Positions 17,838-26,484 of a DNA stretch of 64,000 nt are shown here, piece by piece. Within the stretch, counting starts at the first letter, position 1. Each line of letters starts with the position of its first letter. This DNA is from a virus (Duplodnaviria; Caudoviricetes). The position numbers and the translations under genes were made by a program. Location of the stretch: positions 23,316 to 87,315 of IMG/VR virus record IMGVR_UViG_3300049926_000042; one strand, written 5' to 3'. Under the pieces are notes generated by a model. That model saw only the letters and a list, made by a program, of their open reading frames with translations. It had not been told where the DNA came from and searched no databases.

Positions 17838-19200
17838 CACCAACGAGAGCGGACAGGTGATCATCCGCCGCATCGTGGATGAGGACACACTCCGGGAAGC
17901 TCTCGACGCGATGGCGGAGCTGAGGACAGTTGTCCGCCGTCTGTCCTCCGCCTTCAGTGAAGCTGTCCGTGTCCTTGACGAAGGGGACACGGGACAGGAC
18001 ACCGAGGACACCGACCCGCCGTCTCTGTCCTTCGTCCTGTGTCCTGTCCCGATCCACGCATGGGGAGGGACACACCCGCATCAGTGGACAGGACCGGCCG
18101 GACAGCTATGGATGTGTCCTGGCGCATAACTGTCCCTGTCCCGTCCTTGTCCCCTCTGTCCGCTGGACAGGGGGGACACTCTTATGGCCTACTGGACGGA
18201 TCGAACCAATCGAATCATTGGCTGTCCGGAAGGTGGGGGACATGAGGCGTCCCGAATGGACGAAGCGTCACGTTGTCCCGGCAGGGACAGGACGTGTCCC
18301 CTGGTGGGTCAGGAAGGCCGTGGACATCGGGACACCGGTGGCCGTCGTCATGATGATGGTGCTGTGTGCGCCCGGTGAGCAGCACCTAGCTCACCTCGCT
18401 GGCTGGACGACTCACATGGCCTGGCTTTTGTCCGGCCTCGTGGTCGCCTACGCGGGCATCGCGGCCGTGGAAGCCACTTCCCGGCCCCCCGGTGCCAAGG
18501 GCAAATTCTCGGCCGTCCTGGGTGCCGTTGTGGCCCTCGGACTGGCCATGGCCGCACAGCCCATCAGTCACCTGTTCGTCACCGACTGGCTGTCGGCCAG
18601 TCCGCGTGCCCCTGTCTGGTTGATCGTGTCCGTGTCCTGTGTCCCGCCCTTGATCGTCGGACACCTGCTCCACCTGTCCGCGTCCCGTCCCGGTGTCTCC
18701 GTCCCGTCTGTGTCCGATCACGTAGGCCATGTCCTGTCCCTCATGGAGGAGGGACACGTCCGTGTGTCCGAGGACTCCGGGATAGAGAGGCCCGTCAGTA
18801 CGTCCGACCTGATGTCCGCGTTCGGGATCAGTGACAGGACAGAGGGACGGGACATGACGGCTGCTGAGTTCGACGGCGAGGGACAGAACGTCTCGGACGT
18901 CCCGGTCGTCCCGGATCCGGACTGGAGTGGCGGACGTCCCGTCCCGTCCCGGGACGAGGACAGCACCGGGACACAGTCGGACAGCTGGTACGAGGATGAC
19001 GGACAGCTCCGGCTGGCCGAGTCCAGTCCTGTCCCGCCCCGGACATGGGGGGCCGGTGTCCAGGACAGTGCCTCGGTTCGTGTTCGCCGGACAGCGGACG
19101 GATCCATGACGTCAGTCGTCAAGAGCGAGTTGTCCCGGGACGAGAACATTTCGGATGACGAACTTCGGGACATCCTGCGGGACAGGTTCGGACAGGACAC
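17790..19200. repeat. Region saturated with GGACA/TGTCC pentamers
   Basis: Dozens of copies in both orientations, e.g. GGGACACGGGACAGGACACCGAGGACA (about 17984-18010) and CTGTCCCTGTCCCGTCCTTGTCCCCTCTGTCC (about 18130-18161). Confidence 0.85.
17827..18129 (+). CDS. Hypothetical protein, possibly an Spd accessory protein
   Basis: ORF lying in the GGACA-rich block directly upstream of the SpdB-like gene. Confidence 0.4.
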   Translation: MTNSTNESGQVIIRRIVDEDTLREALDAMAELRTVVRRLSSAFSEAVRVLDEGDTGQDTEDTDPPSLSFVLCPVPIHAWGGTHPHQWTGPAGQLWMCPGA

Positions 19201-19258
19201 GAAGACCAATTCGATCAGCAAGGCGATCAAGAGGGCACGGGAGGCGATGAGCGCATGA
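18242..19258 (+). CDS. SpdB-like plasmid spread membrane protein
   Basis: Four TM helices with CAPGEQHLAHLAGW...AYAGIAA...SAVLGA..AL.LA..AQ.ISHL, followed by a low-complexity tail; immediately upstream of TraB. Confidence 0.65.
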   Translation: MRRPEWTKRHVVPAGTGRVPWWVRKAVDIGTPVAVVMMMVLCAPGEQHLAHLAGWTTHMAWLLSGLVVAYAGIAAVEATSRPPGAKGKFSAVLGAVVALGLAMAAQPISHLFVTDWLSASPRAPVWLIVSVSCVPPLIVGHLLHLSASRPGVSVPSVSDHVGHVLSLMEEGHVRVSEDSGIERPVSTSDLMSAFGISDRTEGRDMTAAEFDGEGQNVSDVPVVPDPDWSGGRPVPSRDEDSTGTQSDSWYEDDGQLRLAESSPVPPRTWGAGVQDSASVRVRRTADGSMTSVVKSELSRDENISDDELRDILRDRFGQDTKTNSISKAIKRAREAMSA

Positions 19259-21183
19259 GCCGGAGTCGGACCAACAACATGACCGACGAGTCGATCAAGA
19301 TTCAGCGGAGGGGGTACATGCCGATGCGTTACCGCATCGGTCCCTTCGTCACTCCGTGGCTGCTGATCGCCGGGGTCTTCATCACCTCCGCGATCACTCA
19401 CGCGTTCTGCTCCGGGCCACTGGCCTTGATGTTCCTGGCATTCACGATCGCCGGTCTGGTCTGGGTCACCTGGACCACCTGGGACCGCAGGCACAAGCAC
19501 GCGCGCAACGCAGCAACCGCCTTCGCGGCCGTCATGGGCGTCTGGCTGGCCACAGCCACGGCCACCTCCCCGATCTGGCCGCCGATGCTGTACGCGTTCG
19601 CCATGGGCGGTGGCTTCATGGCCCTGACCTGGGACATCAGGTACGCGGGGATCACCCCGAGCAACAAGCACGACCGGATGGCCGGAGACATGGCCAACCC
19701 CTACGAGGCGATCAAGCGCCTGAAGGACGCCGTCCCGGTCAAGGTCAAAGAAGGCAACGGCAAGGTTCAGATCATCCTTCAGCACCACAAGGGCAAGTCG
19801 ACGACGGCAGACGTCCAGGCGGCCCGCGAGAACATCGCGGGCATCCACGCCGTGGACGGAAACTCTGTGTCTGTGGCCAAGGTCAAGGGCAGGGGCGACC
19901 AGACCGGGATCACAGTGCGGATCGACGACCCGACCGAGCAGGTGGTCAGGTGGCCGGGAGTCTCCGCCCCGGGCAAGAGCATCGCCGACGCGCCGCTCCG
20001 CATCGGTGTCCGCGAGGACGGACAGCCCATGTCCTTCTGGGTGACAGGTGACGATCTGCTGTCCCGCGCCGCCCCTCACACCCTCTGGACTGGGATGACA
20101 GGGTCCGGCAAGACTGCGGCGTTCATCCTGGGCACGCTGGAGATGATCTCCCGCATCGACTGTGCCCCGGTGGTCGCCGACCCCGAGAAGTTCATGCTGT
20201 CCTTCGGCGGTGTGATGGACGCGTTCGCCATCGCCGCCGATGGCCCGGAGCAGACCGAGCAGTTGATCGCCAACCTGCCCCCGGCACTCCGCTATCGGGC
20301 CAGCCTGCTGGGGTCTCTGGGGTACGAGCAGTGGGAACCGGAGTGCTGGACGAAGTACGGCATCCCGGTGGTGCCGGTTCACATCGAGGAGGCGGCCGGA
20401 TATCTGGCCACGAACAAGGACTTCAACAAGGCGATCATCCTGGCGCGTGCACTCGGCATGCCGATCAGCGCGTCACTCCAGGTCGCAGTGTTCCGCAACC
20501 TCCAGCGTGAGGCCCGGAGCCAGTTCGGCAACTCGATCGCGTTCGGTGTGAAGGAGAAGCAAGACGCTCAGTTCGCCCTCACTGACGGCACCCTGAATGC
20601 CGGTGCGGACCCCACTCGGTGGGGCAACAACGAACCCGGCCGTTGCTACGCGGAGACCGTCGGTGTGCCTTCCGAGGAATGGGCGGTCAAGGCCCGTACC
20701 TTCAAGATCACACCGGCTGAGCGCAGGGCTTCGATCGAGATGGCCGACGAGGCAGGCCGGGCACGTATAGATGAAGGCACGTTCGACCTGCTCAGCAGGG
20801 GTATCCACCGGCCGGTGCGGATGGTCGGAGTTCCCCAGATTCCGGATCTCTCGCAGGCTCCGACGGTTGAGCTTCCGACCGTCGCTGACCGGCCGACCTT
20901 GACCATGGTCAAGAACGAGGAGGTCCCGGGGGAGCGTCCCCCGCCGGACGTCGCCCGGGAAATGATGATGGACCGGCTGAGCGAGCTGGAGGACGCGGGC
21001 AAGACGATCGTGGTTGTGGCCGATTTCGCCCCGGTGGCCGATCTGCTGGAGCGTCACCGGACCTGGCCCTACACCGAACTCCGCCGGATTGAGAGGACGG
21101 GCCGGGTGGAGAAGGTCAAGGAAGTGGCAGGTCAGTGGCGTATCGTGCCCAAGGCCATGATCAAAGATCAAGAAAAAATGTAG
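19255..21183 (+). CDS. traB: TraB-like FtsK/SpoIIIE conjugal DNA translocase of Streptomyces plasmid type
   Basis: N-terminal TM helices after IGPFVTPWL; Walker A HTLWTGMTGSGKT; Walker B-like VHIEEAA; C-terminal wHTH-like segment. Confidence 0.8.
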   Translation: MSRSRTNNMTDESIKIQRRGYMPMRYRIGPFVTPWLLIAGVFITSAITHAFCSGPLALMFLAFTIAGLVWVTWTTWDRRHKHARNAATAFAAVMGVWLATATATSPIWPPMLYAFAMGGGFMALTWDIRYAGITPSNKHDRMAGDMANPYEAIKRLKDAVPVKVKEGNGKVQIILQHHKGKSTTADVQAARENIAGIHAVDGNSVSVAKVKGRGDQTGITVRIDDPTEQVVRWPGVSAPGKSIADAPLRIGVREDGQPMSFWVTGDDLLSRAAPHTLWTGMTGSGKTAAFILGTLEMISRIDCAPVVADPEKFMLSFGGVMDAFAIAADGPEQTEQLIANLPPALRYRASLLGSLGYEQWEPECWTKYGIPVVPVHIEEAAGYLATNKDFNKAIILARALGMPISASLQVAVFRNLQREARSQFGNSIAFGVKEKQDAQFALTDGTLNAGADPTRWGNNEPGRCYAETVGVPSEEWAVKARTFKITPAERRASIEMADEAGRARIDEGTFDLLSRGIHRPVRMVGVPQIPDLSQAPTVELPTVADRPTLTMVKNEEVPGERPPPDVAREMMMDRLSELEDAGKTIVVVADFAPVADLLERHRTWPYTELRRIERTGRVEKVKEVAGQWRIVPKAMIKDQEKM

Positions 21184-21204
21184 ATGTATGTAGAAGGTGC
21201 ATCG

Positions 21205-21281
21205 GTGTAAGGGGCTGTGAACCGGTCCGTGAACCAGGGTGTGATCATCCTGTGATCGGACCGGTGAATTGATGAGTGATC
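21205..21281 (+). repeat. Phased GTGA(A/T)(C/T) repeat array, candidate clt (TraB-recognition) locus
   Basis: Hexamers start at 21217, 21229, 21241, 21252, 21264 and 21276, with a degenerate GTGTAA at 21205; 11-12 bp period just 3' of traB. Confidence 0.6.
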
Positions 21282-21329
21282 GACTCCCAAGCTGGGGGTC
21301 CACGCGAAGTAAACGAGGAGGATCACAGG

Positions 21330-21725
21330 ATGCCCACCGAGGAAGATCGAGTACGCCTCGCGGAGATCGTGGAGTACACCCGCCATGATCTTGCGCGCCG
21401 GGATGCGGCTGCCGATGTCGTCCCGGGCGGAGCGCAGCACGTGCACATCCATCACCACTACGCGCCGCCCCCGGCCCCCGTGCCGGTGCCCGAGATGGAC
21501 ATCGCGAGCAGGTACGCCGGGCACTTCGTCCTCGCGGTGTGGGCCATGATCGCCATGGCCGGGGTCGCAGTCGTCTTCGTCATGATCGCGCAGGCGCTCA
21601 TGATCGCGATGATCTCCCTGGCGATCTGCGCTCTGGCCTTCGCGGCGATGATCAAGTCTCTGCGCTACAGCAAGATCGACAAGCAGCTGGCGGACCAGCG
21701 CTCTCGCGGGCGCACGCGTAAGTGA
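21330..21725 (+). CDS. Small two-TM protein, Spd-like
   Basis: HVHIHHHYAPPPAP followed by a long hydrophobic hairpin; GAGGAGG RBS. Confidence 0.55.
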   Translation: MPTEEDRVRLAEIVEYTRHDLARRDAAADVVPGGAQHVHIHHHYAPPPAPVPVPEMDIASRYAGHFVLAVWAMIAMAGVAVVFVMIAQALMIAMISLAICALAFAAMIKSLRYSKIDKQLADQRSRGRTRK

Positions 21726-21740
21726 GAGAGCGAGCACATG

Positions 21741-21773
21741 GATGCCCCCGGCCTACCGGCTGGGGGCATCTTT
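21741..21773 (+). terminator. Intrinsic terminator closing the tra/spd block
   Basis: GATGCCCCC-GGCC / GGCT-GGGGGCATC followed by TTT. Confidence 0.7.
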
Positions 21774-21840
21774 GGTCTAAAGAATCTTGAACTATTTTCT
21801 GGCACCCCCTCTGAGCTGCGACGATGCACCATAAGATCAT

Positions 21841-21869
21841 TTGACATGGGGAATGGCCCGCTGTATGTT
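21841..21869 (+). promoter_or_regulatory. Strong sigma70/HrdB-type promoter
   Basis: TTGACA (21841-21846), 17-bp spacer, TATGTT (21864-21869). Confidence 0.75.
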
Positions 21870-21876
21870 TGTGTTG

Positions 21877-22330
21877 TACCGAAAGAACAACAACAGAACA
21901 GCGGGAGCGGCACCGGGAGACCAGAAGATCATCTAGGAATGATCGAATCGCCCGGCCACCGCAGAAAGATCGAAAGATCCCCGCCAACTGATCCATAAGG
22001 TATCGGCCCTAGATGACCGAAGCGCTCGGAGATAAGGCCCCCGAAAAGGCTAAGACCGCAGCAGAGACCATCGACAGAGTCTCGAAACGAAAAGCCGAAA
22101 GGCGAGCAAGATGATCGAATCCCCCGGTCGATCCCGGGGGCGATCATGCTTCACCGGCCGCCGCCGTGATCACCGGGTTCGCTCGTACCCCTAAACGATG
22201 CTAGATCGAGTCGGCGGCCAGCATGCTTCGAGGGCAGACAGTATGAGCCGGTTCGAATCCGGCCCGAAGCACTAGATCAGCGCGACGACGAGAGGCATCG
22301 TTCCTCAATCGCAAGTCGCGCTGATCTTCA
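21877..22330 (+). ncRNA. Candidate structured leader or ncRNA
   Basis: No convincing ORF; multiple hairpins including GNRA loops GATC-GAAA-GATC (21968-21979) and GCC-GAAA-GGC (22094-22103), and stems 22111-22147 and 22274-22327. Confidence 0.45.
22225..22271 (+). ncRNA. tRNA minihelix-like element (acceptor stem and T arm only)
   Basis: GCTTCG pairs with CGAAGC-A; T arm GCCGG-TTCGAAT-CCGGC; only about 15 nt where the D and anticodon arms should be. Confidence 0.5.
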
Positions 22331-22352
22331 CCTACGGACCAAGGAGCCGATC

Positions 22353-22553
22353 ATGTCGAACACTTCTTCCGCTCGCTCGTTCCAGGAAGCACAAGCTGCG
22401 CTTGCTTCCATCGACGCTTTCGGCCTCGACGCCGAGATCGTCCGCTACATCTACACCGGCCGCGACCGGGACAACGAGATCTTGAACGAGCAGGAAGCAC
22501 CTCTTCCGACCTGGTACCCCACCGGCCGCACCTACCGTGGGCTCGCGTACTGA
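22353..22553 (+). CDS. Hypothetical early-region protein
   Basis: Start-associated motif with RBS. Confidence 0.6.
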   Translation: MSNTSSARSFQEAQAALASIDAFGLDAEIVRYIYTGRDRDNEILNEQEAPLPTWYPTGRTYRGLAY

Positions 22554-22634
22554 TCACCGCCCGGGTGCACGATCTTCGGATCGTGCACCCCACGAGGTAG
22601 ATCAGCCTCTCACCACACGGACTCAGGAGCCGAC

Positions 22635-23012
22635 ATGCTGAACATCACGACGAACGACGGTCAGGCCGTACAGCTTCACCGCACCCACCTCGTAGCTCAG
22701 CACGGGCCGCACGCCGGTCGTACCTTCCGGATTGACGACATCGTCCACGAGGGTGGCAAGCACTTGATCGTGGCCACCCGCAAGCACAACAGCCGGATCC
22801 GTCACACGGTCAAGGTTCTCCCGGAGATCTTCGGAATCGTGATCAACGAGGTCGAGGAGATCGGCCGCCAGGTGTGGACCGCGATCAAGTGGGTGTGGCT
22901 GAAGGTAGATGAGGGTCTGTACATGGGCACCGCCGCCTTGATCCCGCTCGCGTACTTCGAGCACTACGACCTGGCGACCAAGATCGTTGAGTTCTTCAAC
23001 ACGATCGTCTGA
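22635..23012 (+). CDS. Hypothetical early-region protein
   Basis: Start-associated motif with RBS. Confidence 0.65.
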   Translation: MLNITTNDGQAVQLHRTHLVAQHGPHAGRTFRIDDIVHEGGKHLIVATRKHNSRIRHTVKVLPEIFGIVINEVEEIGRQVWTAIKWVWLKVDEGLYMGTAALIPLAYFEHYDLATKIVEFFNTIV

Positions 23013-23220
23013 CTGGACACGCTTCGAGCGTCCGGCCGCCACCACGGGGCCGGACGTTCGCGGGACTGCCCAGTCCACAGCACGTCAAAGGGAAGTGACC
23101 GACATGGCGATTGGAGCAGGCATCCTGATCGCTTACGTGACGATCTCCGCGATCGTCAGAACGATCATCAAGATCCGCAAGGCCAGAAGCAGTAGCAGGT
23201 AACGGACCGAGGAGCCGATC

Positions 23221-23592
23221 ATGACGAACAACCTGATCTCGAACATCATGGCGACCAGCACGACCGTGCCCGAGGTGGGCATGGGAGCAACCGTCTTGAT
23301 GTGGTCGGACCGCGCACCGGTCACCATCGTCAAGGTGATCAAGTTCGCGTCTGGTGCCCGCAAGGGCCAGGTTCGAGAGATCCACGTCACCCCCGACACG
23401 TACGAGATCGTTTCTGGGTCCTCGCATGACGGATCCGCTCAGTACGAGATCACCCCGACCGACCCCAAGACCTACGACCGCAAATTGCTGAGGGTCGCGA
23501 TCTACCGGCCGACCGCGAAGGGCTGGAAGTCGCCTTCCGGGAACTCGCTCTCGATCGGCGTGCGTGACGTCTACTACGACCCGTCGTTCTGA
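23221..23592 (+). CDS. Hypothetical phage protein
   Basis: Start-associated motif; PEVGMGAT...WSDRAPVTI...YYDPSF resembles a recurring small phage protein type. Confidence 0.65.
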   Translation: MTNNLISNIMATSTTVPEVGMGATVLMWSDRAPVTIVKVIKFASGARKGQVREIHVTPDTYEIVSGSSHDGSAQYEITPTDPKTYDRKLLRVAIYRPTAKGWKSPSGNSLSIGVRDVYYDPSF

Positions 23593-23682
23593 TCACCGCC
23601 CGGACACACGGACCCGCAAGGGCCCGTGTGTCCTGCGAGGACGATCAGCCCTCAACGATCATCACGGACAAAGGAGCCGATC

Positions 23683-23910
23683 ATGTCGATGACCCGCAAG
23701 CACTACGTGGAGTTCGCAGCGATGATCTCTGCCCATCTCGACTCGATCGAGGGGTACAGCGACCGCGCGATCGTCGAGTACGAGATCAACAAGCTCGCCA
23801 CCGACATGAGTCGGATGTTCAAGCGCGACAACCCGCACTTCGACGTCAGCCGGTTCCGCGAGGCTGCCGGACTGAACAAGGACGGCCGCAACACCCCCGC
23901 CCCGTTCTAG
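23683..23910 (+). CDS. Hypothetical phage protein
   Basis: Start-associated motif; MTRKHY..FA...DNPHFD..RF..A pattern. Confidence 0.65.
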   Translation: MSMTRKHYVEFAAMISAHLDSIEGYSDRAIVEYEINKLATDMSRMFKRDNPHFDVSRFREAAGLNKDGRNTPAPF

Positions 23911-24010
23911 TCCCCCCAAGATCCGCCCGGCCGGAAATGCCCCCTCAACATCGACGGGCTTCCGGCCGGGTGCACCATCTCTCAAGACCACACGGACCAA
24001 GGAGCCGACC

Positions 24011-24604
24011 ATGATCCCCACTCGCGCCACCGATGAGCAGTTCTCGCGCTACGTCAGCAACATCATGGACGTGTACGCACGAGCCACCGTCGACCAGGAG
24101 GCCCGTGGGCGTGCCTGGTACCGCACCGCCCATCAGCTCGCAGATCTGCTGAGCGAGGGCAATGTCCAGGCCGGTGCCGGAGTGCTCGCAGCACTGAGCG
24201 CGAACAAGTCATGGAACCTGAATGTCAGGCTCGCGACGAACGCGTTCGAGACCGGCATGCCCAACGGACACGTCAAGGACGCGCTCGTGAAGGTCGCGAA
24301 GATCATGGCCGGTGCCGACCCTGCTGACGTCCTGCCGATGTCGAGCAAGACCGGCAACTTTTACCGGGCGATTTTGGACCCGTCAGATCCTGACGCAGTC
24401 GTGATCGACCGGCACGCACACGATGTAGCAGTCGGCGAGGTCTTCGGGAACGAAGATCGCGGACTGTCCAACAAGAACAGGTACGCCACGTTGGCGCACG
24501 CATACCGCGAGGCCGCTCGACAGCTCGGAGTGCTTCCGTCCACTGTTCAGGCAGTCACGTGGGTCGTACAGACCGAAGCCCGGTCACGCAGAAAGCACGT
24601 CTAA
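24011..24604 (+). CDS. Phage protein with a possible HhH-glycosylase-like fold
   Basis: GRAWY, VLAALS...SW..N, KTGNFY and VVIDRHA; family assignment tentative. Confidence 0.45.
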   Translation: MIPTRATDEQFSRYVSNIMDVYARATVDQEARGRAWYRTAHQLADLLSEGNVQAGAGVLAALSANKSWNLNVRLATNAFETGMPNGHVKDALVKVAKIMAGADPADVLPMSSKTGNFYRAILDPSDPDAVVIDRHAHDVAVGEVFGNEDRGLSNKNRYATLAHAYREAARQLGVLPSTVQAVTWVVQTEARSRRKHV

Positions 24605-24613
24605 GGAACGATC

Positions 24614-24943
24614 ATGGCCACAGGGCGAGAGTTCGAAGAAATGATGTACGCGATGACCGGTCTACCGGCCGACGCTGTCCAGTACGCCACCCCGGGCAAG
24701 GCACCGGCCGTGCATCTCGACTTCACCGAGCCTGACTCGGAAGTTGGGGACACCGTGATCTTCCGGGAGTCGCTCGACTGGGGCGACGAATGGGAGTTCG
24801 GCCACGTGGCCGTCACTGCCCCCGGGCCCGACAACGACATGATCGTCTTGTGGGACGACGGCACGACAACCGTCGAGATCGTCGCGACAACTCACACGGT
24901 CGCCCCGGCGTTCCGGATCCTGCGAGACGAAGCGACCGTTTGA
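24614..24943 (+). CDS. Hypothetical protein
   Basis: AAGGAA RBS and GATCATG start. Confidence 0.55.
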   Translation: MATGREFEEMMYAMTGLPADAVQYATPGKAPAVHLDFTEPDSEVGDTVIFRESLDWGDEWEFGHVAVTAPGPDNDMIVLWDDGTTTVEIVATTHTVAPAFRILRDEATV

Positions 24944-25021
24944 TTCCCTGCGCGCGGCGGGTGCCGGTCACGTACCGGCACCCTCCGGGCATCAGGGCCC
25001 AAAGGATCAAGGGAGTACCCC

Positions 25022-26197
25022 ATGAAGCTCAACCTCCGCAACGGCAGCCTGATGGAGCTGGACGCCGAACTCCGCGAGCAGAAGGAGCGGCAGGCCGATC
25101 TGATCGTTCCCGCTCGCGATCTGTGGTCGCGAAACGGTTCCGTACTGGTCCGTGATGCCGGAGTGCCTGTCTTCTCTGACACCGGGATGACCACCCAGCA
25201 CCTGAACCTGTCGCCGTCTCCCGTGTTCGACGAGGGTCTGTCCGGCAAGCTGTCCTTGCCGCGTGCCTACGTGCGCACACTGCGCGAGAGCGGCCGGACC
25301 GACATCCTCGACAACATGATCAACCGGACGCTCCACGGCAATGAGGACATCCCGAGCGCCGTCGCCGATGACCGGAAGTTCATGGTCCGCACCTTCACCG
25401 CCGCGAAAGAGAACGGCGTGGGGTACGCTCGCGCGCTGCTCTCGAACAGCTACAAGCCGATCGACAACTGGGACGTCTTGAACGCGGTGATCATGGGAAT
25501 GACCGCCGCCGGTCTGGACGCCCACGTCGTCCGACAGGCCGATCTGACGGACCGTCGGATGTACGTCAAGATCGTCGTTCCCGAGGTTCAGGCACTCGCG
25601 CCCAACCTCCTCCGCAACTACGTCTCCCCCTACAGCCGGAACCGTGGGGCCGACAACCCGACCGTGTTCGCGGGCCTCGTGATCAAGAACAGTGAGACCG
25701 GCGGATCCGCCTTCACGATCACGCCGGAACTGACCGTCGAGATCTGCACCAACGGCATGACGATCACCCAGGACGCGATCCGGAAGACCCACCTCGGGTC
25801 CAAGCTCGAAGAGGACGGACTGATCAAGGTCTCGAACGAGACCCAGCAGGCCAACCTCGCGCTGATCACCGCTCAGACGAAGGACGCGGTGAACACCTTC
25901 CTGGACGTCGACTACATGAAGAACGTCATCGACCGCATCGAGCGTCAGGCGGGCACCGAACTGGTCGCCCCGCAGGACGTCGTGCAGTCGATCGTCAAGC
26001 GGGCAGCGTTCACCGCTGCCGACGCGGACGGGATCATGGACGCCTTCATCAAGGGTGCTGACGTCACCCGTGGCGGGATGTTCAACGCGATCACTGCTTA
26101 CTCGCAGCGCGTCGAGGACGCCGATCACGCCTACGAAATGGACGCTGACGCCCTCGCGGCCGTCGGTATGGTCGGAGTGTCCGGCCGTTCCGCCTGA
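25022..26197 (+). CDS. DUF932-like phage/plasmid protein
   Basis: LLSNSYKPIDNWDVL, GLVIKNSETGGSAF and ICTNGM. Confidence 0.7.
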   Translation: MKLNLRNGSLMELDAELREQKERQADLIVPARDLWSRNGSVLVRDAGVPVFSDTGMTTQHLNLSPSPVFDEGLSGKLSLPRAYVRTLRESGRTDILDNMINRTLHGNEDIPSAVADDRKFMVRTFTAAKENGVGYARALLSNSYKPIDNWDVLNAVIMGMTAAGLDAHVVRQADLTDRRMYVKIVVPEVQALAPNLLRNYVSPYSRNRGADNPTVFAGLVIKNSETGGSAFTITPELTVEICTNGMTITQDAIRKTHLGSKLEEDGLIKVSNETQQANLALITAQTKDAVNTFLDVDYMKNVIDRIERQAGTELVAPQDVVQSIVKRAAFTAADADGIMDAFIKGADVTRGGMFNAITAYSQRVEDADHAYEMDADALAAVGMVGVSGRSA

Positions 26198-26312
26198 ACC
26201 CTGCCCAACGCCCGGGAATCGCTGCTGTGGCGGTCCCTAGGCCCGAAGTGATGGGATTGCATCACCGACCGGCCGTGCGCCTCACAGAGAGGCGTACAGC
26301 CGGTCCACACAT

Positions 26313-26415
26313 GACCCCGCAGGTGCATGCTCGGAGATAGCTACCGGGCCCCTCATCCCCGACGTGCGCACGGTAGGGAGGCGGGTTAAGACCGGTTCGA
26401 TTCCGGTCGGGGTCA
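26313..26415 (+). ncRNA. Enlarged tRNA-like RNA (103 nt)
   Basis: Acceptor GACCCCG/CGGGGTC-A and T arm ACCGG-TTCGATT-CCGGT, but 71 nt between them and no canonical anticodon arm. Confidence 0.55.
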
Positions 26416-26484
26416 CTCATTTGTATGAATGGATACATCCAGTTTTCCCAAGATCAGATGATCTTCCCCGGATAGGAAACGATC

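Larger units (their letters stand above)
22334..24013 (+). promoter_or_regulatory. Five copies of a start-associated motif ACGGACnnAGGAGCCGA(T/C)(C)ATG
   Basis: Copies at 22334-22355, 22617-22637, 23202-23223, 23664-23685 and 23992-24013, each ending in a start codon. Confidence 0.85.
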
